DNA of 37,418 nt from a virus (IMGVR_UViG_2695420585_000012); one strand, 5' to 3'; counted from the stretch's first letter, positions 19,095-27,967 are shown. A program made the numbers and translations. Notes: generated by a model from the letters alone, not told the origin.

Positions 19095-19745
19095 TCAGCG
19101 GCTGTCATTGCGCAGTCTGCGCTCCAGCTGCTGTTTGTCTTTTTTCACGCCACAGCGGGGATCGAGCTGTAACGCATGGTTGAGATGATTAAGGGCGGAC
19201 GCCGGATTGCTTTCACTCAGGACAGCGCCAATCGCTTTATGCAGACGCGCCCGTGACTGGTCCGGCATATCCAGACCGTCTGTCAGCTCCAGCGTCTGCA
19301 GCAACAGATCAGCATCAAAGCCGGTGGCGGCAAGCATTGCGCTCTGCGCGGCGTCTGCCATTTCCTCTGCCAGCACGGTCTGCACGTTGCGGTTACCCAG
19401 CGGCATCACCCAGCCATGACGCAGGGCATGACGCCCGATCTCCAGCGCTCCGGCATAATCTCCGGCATCAATGCGCCACAGCATCACGTACATCAGCACG
19501 TCATCCTGTTGAGCGCCTCCGGCAGCCAGGACACCCTCTGCCCAGGCGGCGTACTTCGGCAGCAGCTCCACCTTGATTTCCGCTTTTTTGACCGTGGACT
19601 GAACGCCCTTGAGACGGCGGCGGTCTTCCGCCAGTTGCAGCAGCATCAGGTCATAGCCCGATGCGTGGCGAACACTGCCGCCCTCGCGGGCGGCCTGTTC
19701 AGCCTGAACGCGCAGGCGATGCTGCCGTGCGGGACTCAGGCTCAT
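19095..19745 (-). CDS. M: Terminase small (endonuclease) subunit gpM
   Basis: 216-aa ORF, P2 gpM-like, between N and L. Confidence 0.8.
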   Translation of the reverse strand: MSLSPARQHRLRVQAEQAAREGGSVRHASGYDLMLLQLAEDRRRLKGVQSTVKKAEIKVELLPKYAAWAEGVLAAGGAQQDDVLMYVMLWRIDAGDYAGALEIGRHALRHGWVMPLGNRNVQTVLAEEMADAAQSAMLAATGFDADLLLQTLELTDGLDMPDQSRARLHKAIGAVLSESNPASALNHLNHALQLDPRCGVKKDKQQLERRLRNDSR

Positions 19746-19748
19746 GGA

Positions 19749-20807
19749 TTACGCTCCTGTTTCGGCTGCGGCGGCGCTGAAGTCACCAATCTGGATGTTT
19801 TCCACCAGTGCAGCGCAGCGATAGTCCTCAACCACATAGGCTTCGTTAACGGATTCAAAATTTTCAATCCGGTCACGTTTCGGGTTGTCGATAACTGAAC
19901 GGCGGCGGGTATCTTCCTGCCAGTAGATGGACAGGTTATCCAGACGGGTGATCAGCAGCGCATTCGGCGGGAAGAACGGCGCACGCACCGCCTGCAGGCC
20001 ACCCATGCGTTTCTGACTGATGATCATATCGGCAGCCAGTTTTTCACTGTTTTCCTGCTCTTTGTTGACCAGCGGGAAATACTTGTCAGACAGCAGTTCA
20101 CGCCCGCAAATCACCACCAGATCGTCATCGTCCTGGTAGACCACGTCGATAAGCTCATTGACCGCATCCATCACCACAGCGTCCAGGTTGGCATATTCGC
20201 CACCTTTCCCGACTTTCACCGCACCCGGTGTGGTTTCGCCGCCCGTGGTGGTGCTGCCCATGACGTGATCCGGTGCATCCTCACGGATTTTCTGCAGCCA
20301 GCCTTTGTTCACATCCTGCAGCAGCGGGTTTTCACTACGGTTGGAGGTTTTCGCACGCTTCACGCCGTTAAAGCCGATCATGATGCGGTCCAGTGCCTGA
20401 CGTTTCACGATGGCGTCACGGATACGCACCTGGAAATCCTGAAACTTCGCCCACAGGTCCAGCTTCGCGTAGGTCAGCACCGTGTCAAAGTTGGTCTGCT
20501 CGCATTTATATTCCACATCGACCATCAGCGTCGGATCGACAGGTTCACGCTCTTTCGCGGTGGTATCAGTGGTTCCGGCAATGGTGCTGCCAACACCCAG
20601 CCCCAGCAGCTGACCGGACTGCTCAGTCACTGGCGTGACGTTAATCAGCGTCAGGAAAGCGGCGGACTGCTGGATCTGGTCTTCCAGCGTCTGCTGCACA
20701 GACGGCTCCACAGTGAATTTGCTGGACAGTTCTTCAACTGCCACACCGTTCAGACGCGCCAGCTGCTGCAGGTAAGCGTTAAAAGCAAAGCGGGTATTCT
20801 TTTTCAT
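19749..20807 (-). CDS. N: Major capsid protein gpN
   Basis: 352-aa ORF, P2 gpN-like. Confidence 0.9.
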   Translation of the reverse strand: MKKNTRFAFNAYLQQLARLNGVAVEELSSKFTVEPSVQQTLEDQIQQSAAFLTLINVTPVTEQSGQLLGLGVGSTIAGTTDTTAKEREPVDPTLMVDVEYKCEQTNFDTVLTYAKLDLWAKFQDFQVRIRDAIVKRQALDRIMIGFNGVKRAKTSNRSENPLLQDVNKGWLQKIREDAPDHVMGSTTTGGETTPGAVKVGKGGEYANLDAVVMDAVNELIDVVYQDDDDLVVICGRELLSDKYFPLVNKEQENSEKLAADMIISQKRMGGLQAVRAPFFPPNALLITRLDNLSIYWQEDTRRRSVIDNPKRDRIENFESVNEAYVVEDYRCAALVENIQIGDFSAAAAETGA

Positions 20808-20823
20808 CGGGTTTTGTGCTCCA

Positions 20824-21657
20824 TCAGCAATTGGTCAGAGTGTCAGCGGGGGCGTTACCGCCTGTTGCACGCTGGCGGTAGTCCTGGCGGCTGTCTTCAT
20901 GACTCAGCTTGTCCACCAGTTCGTTAAAGGCGGTTTGCTGTGCCTGCAGGGCAGTCTCCAGCTCAGACAGGCGTTCTTCCTGCTCAGACAGGGATTTTTC
21001 GGTGCGTGCGTTCAGGTTCTGCTGCTCAGTGGCGACCAGCTCCACGGCCTTATGCACATCAGAGAACCGGGCGTCATCGGACTGCTCTTTTTTGGTAAAC
21101 AGCGCCGTGACGCGGGCAAACAGGGACGGTTTGTCGTCCTGGATTTCTTCCAGTTCGATCACCGTTTCCTCTGCAGCGGTAAAGAGATTGGCAGGATTCT
21201 GCTTGCGGTTTGCCAGCGGGTTATGGGCTGCACTGGCGCTGAATGTCAGCATTTCCGTACCCAGACTGGCAGGGTCATCAGTGGCAGCCAGGCCGACCAG
21301 GTAGGCTTTGCCCGTATCAGCGAACTTCGGGCTGACTTCCATAGAGGTGAATAATTTCTGGCCTTTTTTCACCAGTTCCACCAGGGACTCCGTTGGCTCA
21401 ACGTCGGCATACAGCGCCATCTTGCCTGCCAGCGGACCTTCCGTGATTTCTTCAGCAAACAGCGCCGTCACCTTGCCGTAGCGGTTAAAGGTGCTGTCCG
21501 GCAGATAAGACTTGATGTGCTCAAGGTTAATCAGCGCGGTATACACCGCCGGGTTGTAGCTGGCTGCCATCTGTTCCAGCCATTCACGCTGGATTTCGCG
21601 TCCGTCGGTGGTGGCACCTTCCACCCCGATGCGAAAACGCTTTGCTTTCACTGTCAT
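20824..21657 (-). CDS. O: Capsid scaffolding protein gpO
   Basis: 277-aa ORF with acidic coiled-coil C-terminal part; divergent from P. Confidence 0.85.
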   Translation of the reverse strand: MTVKAKRFRIGVEGATTDGREIQREWLEQMAASYNPAVYTALINLEHIKSYLPDSTFNRYGKVTALFAEEITEGPLAGKMALYADVEPTESLVELVKKGQKLFTSMEVSPKFADTGKAYLVGLAATDDPASLGTEMLTFSASAAHNPLANRKQNPANLFTAAEETVIELEEIQDDKPSLFARVTALFTKKEQSDDARFSDVHKAVELVATEQQNLNARTEKSLSEQEERLSELETALQAQQTAFNELVDKLSHEDSRQDYRQRATGGNAPADTLTNC

Positions 21658-21733
21658 GAGCCGTGCTCCGTTAGAAAAAACTTACTGGAGCCTTATGGTT
21701 GCGGTGATGGGGGCAGTGAAACAATGCGCGGTA

Positions 21734-21755
21734 TTTGTACCGACAACCACACAAA
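21734..21755 (-). promoter_or_regulatory. Candidate Ogr-binding dyad in the O/P divergent late promoter region
   Basis: TTTGT-N12-ACAAA centred about 87 bp upstream of the O start. Confidence 0.45.
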
Positions 21756-21799
21756 CCGCAGGCGGGGAAAGCCTTCATTCAAGGCTGTAGGTTTGTGCC

Positions 21800-23566
21800 A
21801 TGAACACCACACTGACACCCGCAGATCTCGATCCCCGTCGGCAGGCCATGCTGCTGTACTTTCAGGGATACCGCGTAGCCCGCATTGCTGAAATGCTGGG
21901 CGAGAAAGTTGCAACCGTTCACAGCTGGAAAAAACGCGACAAGTGGGGTGACTATGGGCCGCTGGATCAGATGCAGCTCACCACCGCCGCACGCTACTGC
22001 CAGCTCATTATGAAGGAGCACAAAGAAGGGAAAGATTTCAAAGAGATTGACCTGCTGGCGCGCCAGTCGGAGCGCCACGCGCGGATCGGCAAGTTTAACA
22101 ATGGCGGCAACGAAGCCGACTTAAACCCTAACGTCGCCAACCGCAACAAAGGCCCGCGCCGTCAGCCGGAAAAGAATGTTTTCACCGATGAGCAGATTGA
22201 GAAGCTGGAAGAAATCTTCCATTCCTCCATGTTCAACTACCAGCGCCACTGGTGGGAAGCCGGAAAAGCCAACCGCATCCGCAACCTGCTGAAGTCACGC
22301 CAGATCGGCGCGACCTTTTACTTTGCCCGTGAAGCCCTGATTGACGCCCTGCTTACCGGACGTAACCAGATTTTCCTTTCCGCCAGTAAGGCACAGGCCC
22401 ACGTCTTTAAACAGTACATCATCGACTTCGCCAAAGAAGTGGAGGTGGAGCTGAAAGGCGATCCGATGGTGCTTCCCAACGGGGCCACTCTTTACTTCCT
22501 CGGCACCAATGCCCGCACGGCCCAGAGTTACCACGGCAACCTGTATCTGGATGAATATTTCTGGATACCGAAATTCCAGGAGCTGCGCAAAGTGGCTTCC
22601 GGTATGGCTATTCACAAAAAATGGCGACAAACCTATTTTTCCACGCCATCCAGCCTGACCCACAGTGCTTATCCGTTCTGGTCCGGTGCGCTGTTCAACC
22701 GTGGACGCAACAAAGCCGACAAGGTGGACATCGACCTGTCCCATAGCAATCTGGCCCCCGGCCTGCTGTGCGCAGACGGGCAATACCGCCAGATAGTCAC
22801 CGTGGAAGATGCGGTGCGCGGCGGCTGTAACCTGTTCGACCTTGACCAGTTGCGCATGGAGTACAGCCCGGACGAATACCAGAACCTGCTGATGTGCGAG
22901 TTCGTGGACGATCTCGCGTCCGTGTTCCCGCTCAGCGAGCTGCAGGCGTGCATGGTGGACAGCTGGGAAGTCTGGACCGACTTTCATGCTCTGGCCCTGC
23001 GCCCGTTTGGCTGGCGCGAAGTGTGGATCGGTTATGACCCGGCAAAAGGTACGCAGAACGGCGACAGCGCCGGATGCGTGGTGGTGGCACCGCCAGCCGT
23101 GCCGGGCGGTAAGTTTCGCATTCTTGAGCGTCACCAGTGGCGCGGGATGGACTTCCGCGCCCAGGCTGACGCAATCAAAAAACTGACCGAGCAGTACAAC
23201 GTGACCTACATCGGCATCGACTCAACCGGCGTTGGTCACGGGGTTTACGAGAACGTGAAAGCGTTCTTTCCTGCCGTCCGGGAGTTTGTCTACAACCCCA
23301 ACGTTAAAAACGCCCTGGTACTCAAGGCCTACGACATTATCAGCCACCGCCGTCTGGAGTTTGACGCCGGACATACCGACATTGCGCAGTCATTCATGGC
23401 AATCCGTCGCGCCACCACCGCCAGCGGCAACCGCCCGACCTATGAAGCCAGCCGCAGCGAAGAAGCCAGCCATGCCGATCTGGCCTGGGCAACAATGCAC
23501 GCACTGTTTAACGAACCGCTGCAGGGCGAGTCCGCCAATACCAGCAATATTGTGGAGATTTTTTGA
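21800..23566 (+). CDS. P: Terminase large (ATPase) subunit gpP
   Basis: 588-aa ORF, P2 gpP-like; divergent from O and overlapping Q start. Confidence 0.9.
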   Translation: MNTTLTPADLDPRRQAMLLYFQGYRVARIAEMLGEKVATVHSWKKRDKWGDYGPLDQMQLTTAARYCQLIMKEHKEGKDFKEIDLLARQSERHARIGKFNNGGNEADLNPNVANRNKGPRRQPEKNVFTDEQIEKLEEIFHSSMFNYQRHWWEAGKANRIRNLLKSRQIGATFYFAREALIDALLTGRNQIFLSASKAQAHVFKQYIIDFAKEVEVELKGDPMVLPNGATLYFLGTNARTAQSYHGNLYLDEYFWIPKFQELRKVASGMAIHKKWRQTYFSTPSSLTHSAYPFWSGALFNRGRNKADKVDIDLSHSNLAPGLLCADGQYRQIVTVEDAVRGGCNLFDLDQLRMEYSPDEYQNLLMCEFVDDLASVFPLSELQACMVDSWEVWTDFHALALRPFGWREVWIGYDPAKGTQNGDSAGCVVVAPPAVPGGKFRILERHQWRGMDFRAQADAIKKLTEQYNVTYIGIDSTGVGHGVYENVKAFFPAVREFVYNPNVKNALVLKAYDIISHRRLEFDAGHTDIAQSFMAIRRATTASGNRPTYEASRSEEASHADLAWATMHALFNEPLQGESANTSNIVEIF

Positions 23567-24603
23567 TGGGAAAGAGTAAGAAAAACCGCGCTGCGGCGAC
23601 GAATCAGATCCAGTATAAAAAACAAACTTCAGCCGAAGCATTCAGCTTCGGTGATCCCGTTCCTGTTCTGGACCGCCGCGAATTACTGGACTATGTGGAA
23701 TGCGTACAGATGGACCGCTGGTACGAGCCACCCGTAAGTTTTGACGGACTGGCGCGAACATTCCGCGCCGCCGTACACCACAGTTCACCAATTGCAGTGA
23801 AATGCAACATTCTGACCAGTACCTACATCCCTCACCCGCTGCTCAGCCAGCAGGCTTTTTCACGTTTTGTGCAGGACTATCTGGTATTTGGTAACGCCTA
23901 CCTGGAGAAACGCACGAACCGCTTCGGTGAAGTTATCGCCCTTGAACCTGCCCTGGCAAAATACACCCGACGCGGATTAGACCTGGATACCTACTGGTTT
24001 GTGCAATACGGCATGACCACGCAACCGTATCAGTTCACGAAAGGCAGCATTTTTCACCTGATGGAACCGGACATCAACCAGGAGATCTACGGCCTGCCCG
24101 GTTATCTTTCTGCCATTCCGTCAGCCCTGCTCAACGAGTCCGCCACGCTGTTCCGCCGAAAGTATTACATTAACGGCAGTCATGCTGGCTTCATCATGTA
24201 CATGACCGATGCTGCGCAGAACCAGGAGGATGTGAACAACCTCCGCAACGCAATGAAAAGCGCCAAAGGTCCAGGCAACTTCCGCAACCTGTTTATGTAC
24301 TCACCTAACGGCAAAAAGGATGGTCTTCAGATTATCCCGTTGTCAGAAGTCGCGGCAAAGGATGAATTTCTGAACATCAAAAATGTTAGTCGCGATGACA
24401 TGATGGCCGCGCATCGTGTTCCGCCACAGATGATGGGGATTATGCCGAATAATGTTGGGGGTTTTGGGGATGTGGAGAAGGCTAGTCTTGTATTTGTTCG
24501 CAATGAATTGATGCCACTACAGAAGCGACTACATGAACTAAACGAATGGGTGGGTGCAGAAGTAATACATTTTGATGACTATGTTTTAGGTGTTCAGGAA
24601 TAA
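23563..24603 (+). CDS. Q: Portal protein gpQ
   Basis: 346-aa ORF, P2 gpQ-like. Confidence 0.9.
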   Translation: MMGKSKKNRAAATNQIQYKKQTSAEAFSFGDPVPVLDRRELLDYVECVQMDRWYEPPVSFDGLARTFRAAVHHSSPIAVKCNILTSTYIPHPLLSQQAFSRFVQDYLVFGNAYLEKRTNRFGEVIALEPALAKYTRRGLDLDTYWFVQYGMTTQPYQFTKGSIFHLMEPDINQEIYGLPGYLSAIPSALLNESATLFRRKYYINGSHAGFIMYMTDAAQNQEDVNNLRNAMKSAKGPGNFRNLFMYSPNGKKDGLQIIPLSEVAAKDEFLNIKNVSRDDMMAAHRVPPQMMGIMPNNVGGFGDVEKASLVFVRNELMPLQKRLHELNEWVGAEVIHFDDYVLGVQE

Positions 24604-24606
24604 AAG

Positions 24607-24632
24607 AAAAGGCGCTAATCTCAGCGCCTTTT
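24607..24632. terminator. Bidirectional rho-independent terminator between Q and the convergent cargo operon
   Basis: AAAA-GGCGCT-aatctc-AGCGCC-TTTT: perfect 6-bp stem flanked by an A-tract and a T-tract. Confidence 0.6.
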
Positions 24633-24649
24633 ATCTAACTAACCATATA

Positions 24650-24988
24650 TTAACAAACAGCGTATAAACCATCAAATCCAACGGAATGAACCTTTTTTGA
24701 TGCTACTTCATTGCTACGGCGTTGGATCACTTTTGCAATACTTTTTAAAATTGAAGGGGATGCATTGCGAACCTTAACCTGACTCAAAACTTTGGTTACA
24801 CCGAATTTCACTACCAAAACACCAAAGATTTCATCAGAGTATGATTCTGAAATTGAATAAACACCGCTCAGGTCTAAATCTACGGTATACCCTTCTTTAA
24901 TGAACCCTTCAATCTTGTGTCGTTGGGGGATAGCCTGATTGCGCGAAGCCAGGTCACCCTCGGGTAACTTGTATGCGATTTTGTTCAT
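24650..24988 (-). CDS. STAS-like (anti-sigma-factor-antagonist-like) small protein, cargo
   Basis: 112-aa ORF whose start overlaps the stop of the upstream ATPase gene; central DLSGV...SISESYSDEIFGVL segment resembles STAS/DUF4325-type domains (recalled, not searched). Confidence 0.45.
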   Translation of the reverse strand: MNKIAYKLPEGDLASRNQAIPQRHKIEGFIKEGYTVDLDLSGVYSISESYSDEIFGVLVVKFGVTKVLSQVKVRNASPSILKSIAKVIQRRSNEVASKKVHSVGFDGLYAVC

Positions 24989-25962
24989 TACTCTCCTCCT
25001 AACGCCCGCATTATTTCCATAAGCTGAGGGTCATTTTCTTCGCTATCTTTATCGACTGCCAGTTCATGAATCTTAAAACGGCAAGAAATTGCTACACCCG
25101 GCCATTCAGTACGTAATTCAGTATAGCTCACTTCATCACCTATTGCTTCTAAGCATACATTTCCTGAAGCCAGTTGCAATTCCCCATTATATGTTTTTAT
25201 CAATTTCATCAAGTGATATAACCCAAGCCCTTGATGATTATTATCTTTTTCTTTGACCGAAACCCCGTGACCAAACACACTACCCCCAATAAAATCCTGG
25301 GGAAGTTGCTGTGCCCAATCATCCTGCAAATCAGCATGCTTAGATGAATGTCCCTCTTGAATACACCATGCGATCGCATCCTGGTGAGTCTCAATTCCGG
25401 GTATACCAGCTCGCCGCAATTCTCGGAGAAATCCTAACCCACAGTCCGCCAAAGAAAATTCTAAATAGTGCTCTTTTCTTTGTGTGTGGGGTACAGCCGA
25501 ACGTTGTGCAAAAGAAAAACCCGTTGATTTTCCATGCGACCAAACGTTATCGTGAAGCTCACCTATAACATGTGTTAGATCTGTAAGTCCCTTGGGATAA
25601 TCTCTCGGATCACGATCAGGGAATGTTAACTGCCTTACACAACTGTTAATACTACCAGTGGCAACGTCAACAGCTTCAACATTGGTTAATGCTGTAACCA
25701 AACTGTAATTTCTCCCAACATTTACACGTTCCTGTTGATACTGATCCTCGCCCCATAAAGCACCATGTAAATTGATAGCTCGCATATAGTCAGGGCATGA
25801 CAAAACGCAGTTATCTTCGGTAATTTTGTGATGATTCACGTAAGCTGCTAAGACAGTGATAAAACCAGGATGCCAATGGTTGTTTGGCAATTGCAATTCA
25901 TTAGTTTCCTTTTGATGAAACGCAGCGGTATGCACAATAGCGTCTTTTAATCCTAACCCCAT
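24988..25962 (-). CDS. GHKL/Bergerat-fold ATPase (histidine-kinase-like, RsbW/SpoIIAB-type) with N-terminal extension, cargo
   Basis: Visible N-box ELHDNVWSH, G1 box DCGLG and G2 box GLGLYHL; lower GC than structural genes. Confidence 0.6.
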   Translation of the reverse strand: MGLGLKDAIVHTAAFHQKETNELQLPNNHWHPGFITVLAAYVNHHKITEDNCVLSCPDYMRAINLHGALWGEDQYQQERVNVGRNYSLVTALTNVEAVDVATGSINSCVRQLTFPDRDPRDYPKGLTDLTHVIGELHDNVWSHGKSTGFSFAQRSAVPHTQRKEHYLEFSLADCGLGFLRELRRAGIPGIETHQDAIAWCIQEGHSSKHADLQDDWAQQLPQDFIGGSVFGHGVSVKEKDNNHQGLGLYHLMKLIKTYNGELQLASGNVCLEAIGDEVSYTELRTEWPGVAISCRFKIHELAVDKDSEENDPQLMEIMRALGGE

Positions 25963-25991
25963 GAACCGAACCTTTTTTATGCATTTTTCTT

Positions 25992-26020
25992 ATCATATAA
26001 CTTAGGACTGATCAGCGCAA
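25992..26020 (-). promoter_or_regulatory. Possible sigma70 promoter for the ATPase/STAS operon
   Basis: On the minus strand TTGCGC, 17-nt spacer, TATGAT, about 30 bp upstream of the ATPase start. Confidence 0.3.
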
Positions 26021-26075
26021 AGATCCCGACACTCTTGAATCATACTAAATTAAGGCATATACCACACAGCGCGCG

Positions 26076-26094
26076 CTCGTATCCCCGCCACGCC
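26076..26094 (-). other. cos: Candidate cos site (cohesive-end sequence)
   Basis: Minus strand reads GGCGTGGCGGGGATACGAG followed by CGCGCGCTG, closely matching the recalled P2/186 ends (GGCGAGGCGGGGAAAGCAC followed by TGCGCGCTG). Confidence 0.35.
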
Positions 26095-26294
26095 TGCCCA
26101 CTTTATGTAGTGGTTTTCATGCACCTGCATGACATAAGCAAAAGCACGCCAGTTCTGGCTGGCATCAGCGAAAACGATCGTCATACTATCATGCGATCTC
26201 ATGCGCCATATGAAGTTTTCCTGACACAGCCTTGGGTTGGGATAACACCTAACTCAGGAAGATTTTTTGTGTGTTTGTAACCCACACCTAGAGT

Positions 26295-27464
26295 TTACCA
26301 ATCCATGTTTGCGGCATTATCCATCTCACGAGTTAAGTAATTAACAAATAAGTCCATATTCCTTTCTGATTTCATCGCCTCCGCATAGGTTCCATTAGTT
26401 ACGTAAGATAGTATTAAAGGACATCCAGATTCAATATAAATTTTTGCTGGGGACAGTTCTCCCTGCCACAAATTTTCAAGAAAATCGTTAATTAATTGCA
26501 TTGCTTCAGGTGCCAAAAAATGCACACCATTTCCAAACTTGAAACGTTCTTTATTTTCTCGATGAGGCAGCAATAGTGGCACAGCCCCTACACTTGAGTG
26601 AAATTCCAATGCTTGCCCATCCTTACCGAAGGCGCCATGGGCTACAAAATTACGCACCTGTTTTCTGAGTATAAGTAAACGATCATAGAACAATTTTAGA
26701 CTGGAAGAGTTAATATCAATGGCTAATTTGAATTTCTCCCCCCATTCTTTTCCAACTTTATCAGCCACATCATTCCCATTTTTTATCTCACCCTTCAAGA
26801 TTGCAATAAGAATGAAAACATGCTCGGTCCAATTGAAAAATGACTCAATTGCAGACGTTGCTAACCACATAGCCTCTCTTCGGAGTTCAATTATCTTATT
26901 TGATTGTTCAAAAGTGGATTGTAACAGGCTGAAAAAATTATCAGACTTAAACTCACTATCAACTTCCAGTTTAGACTCTTGGCCAGCAGCAACTTCATCA
27001 AGCTTCTGTTTATATAGCTCTAAAAAATAGCAAAACCTATCATAAAGAGAATTAGCATTGTTATTAACATTTAGATTTGAAGTCTTTGCTGCATTGTCTG
27101 CAAGCGAGTCAAAAAAATTCGTAGCAGCTTTAACCCCTGCGCAAATATGTCTCAAAACAGTTTTAGCTTGCTCTATATCATCATCACTCTTGATAAATAT
27201 ATCTAAACCAAGTTTACGATGTTCTATAATTACGACAGTCCCATCAATCCGGACTGGGATAGAAAAAGAAATCTTCTCATCAACCCCACGATTTTTAAAT
27301 TTCAGTAAATCTACCAAAAGAAAATAAACGAGATAATACGGAGGTAATGAGTCTCCCAAACCCGAGCGCTTACCCCAAAAATATTCATCAAGCTCGGCAG
27401 ACTCCATTGTCCCTATGACTCTTCGGACGCGTTCTTCAACTTTAGCCAGATCCATTCCCCACAC
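26295..27464 (-). CDS. Hypothetical cargo protein with HEPN-like RNxxxH motif (possible Abi-type RNase)
   Basis: 389-aa AT-rich ORF between the SOS-regulated small gene and cos; motif ILRKQVRNFVAHG. Confidence 0.55.
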   Translation of the reverse strand: MWGMDLAKVEERVRRVIGTMESAELDEYFWGKRSGLGDSLPPYYLVYFLLVDLLKFKNRGVDEKISFSIPVRIDGTVVIIEHRKLGLDIFIKSDDDIEQAKTVLRHICAGVKAATNFFDSLADNAAKTSNLNVNNNANSLYDRFCYFLELYKQKLDEVAAGQESKLEVDSEFKSDNFFSLLQSTFEQSNKIIELRREAMWLATSAIESFFNWTEHVFILIAILKGEIKNGNDVADKVGKEWGEKFKLAIDINSSSLKLFYDRLLILRKQVRNFVAHGAFGKDGQALEFHSSVGAVPLLLPHRENKERFKFGNGVHFLAPEAMQLINDFLENLWQGELSPAKIYIESGCPLILSYVTNGTYAEAMKSERNMDLFVNYLTREMDNAANMDW

Positions 27465-27625
27465 CGCCTTTCAATATCACTTAAGGTATTACAGCCAATG
27501 ACATCGATTAAATACAGCGTAGATAATAGGCAACTTGCTACTGTTTTCAAGGGCTTTCTGTTTCAATCCTTAGTTGACCTTGCTGACGCGAGAATCTAGT
27601 TCTCACGCCAGCAACGCCCCTGCTG

Positions 27626-27814
27626 CTAACCGAGAAGATCCATTACACGGTTATATTCATGGGCACGAATTTTCGCCATCAACTCATCAGTCAGCTCTGA
27701 AACCCACTGCAGAGCCAGCCCCTTCTCTTCATCACTACACTCACTAGCCGCTACAAGCTTAAGAAAAAAATCAATGCGCTGGAGCTTCAAAGACTCCAAA
27801 AAATAGTCCTGCAT
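27626..27814 (-). CDS. Small SOS-regulated protein, possible Tum-like antirepressor
   Basis: 62-aa ORF from the internal ATG with GGAGG Shine-Dalgarno; LexA box in the promoter; the 96-aa track ORF would begin upstream of the operator. Confidence 0.5.
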   Translation of the reverse strand: MQDYFLESLKLQRIDFFLKLVAASECSDEEKGLALQWVSELTDELMAKIRAHEYNRVMDLLG

Positions 27815-27856
27815 TTTTCCTCCTATGACACCACAAGCAATACTGTATGCATAACC

Positions 27857-27872
27857 ACTGTTTATATTTACA
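27857..27872 (-). promoter_or_regulatory. LexA box (SOS operator) overlapping a putative promoter
   Basis: CTGT-TTATATTT-ACAG matches CTGT-N8-ACAG with AT-rich spacer; minus strand has TTTACA, 17 nt, TACTGT around it. Confidence 0.6.
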
Positions 27873-27967
27873 GTATATAATAATCTTACTGATGTAAAAC
27901 GTTTTTTTACGTTCATCAGCCTGATATGCCTGGTATTATTAAGAGCACGAATTGTTAATCCGCGTAA

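Noticed and set aside
20265-20927. 220-aa plus-strand ORF overlapping gpN and gpO
   Set aside because: Antisense to capsid and scaffold genes; spans the N-O intergenic gap, which is implausible for a real gene.
21794-21811. TGT-N12-ACA match overlapping the P start codon
   Set aside because: The 6-nt core pattern is expected several times by chance in 37 kb; this copy is inside the coding start of P with no extended arms, unlike the three intergenic dyads.
22295-23134. 279-aa minus-strand ORF inside the terminase gene P
   Set aside because: Antisense to a strongly supported terminase ORF; no start context or recognisable domain.
26035-26280. 81-aa plus-strand ORF in the gap between the two cargo loci
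   Set aside because: Lies across the candidate cos site and promoter region, has no ribosome-binding site and an unconvincing His/Pro/Arg-rich translation; better explained as non-coding cos/regulatory DNA.
27815-27916. N-terminal 34 codons of the 96-aa track ORF upstream of the small SOS-regulated gene
   Set aside because: This extension would start upstream of the LexA box and promoter elements and lacks a ribosome-binding site, whereas the internal ATG has a GGAGG; the short form is preferred.
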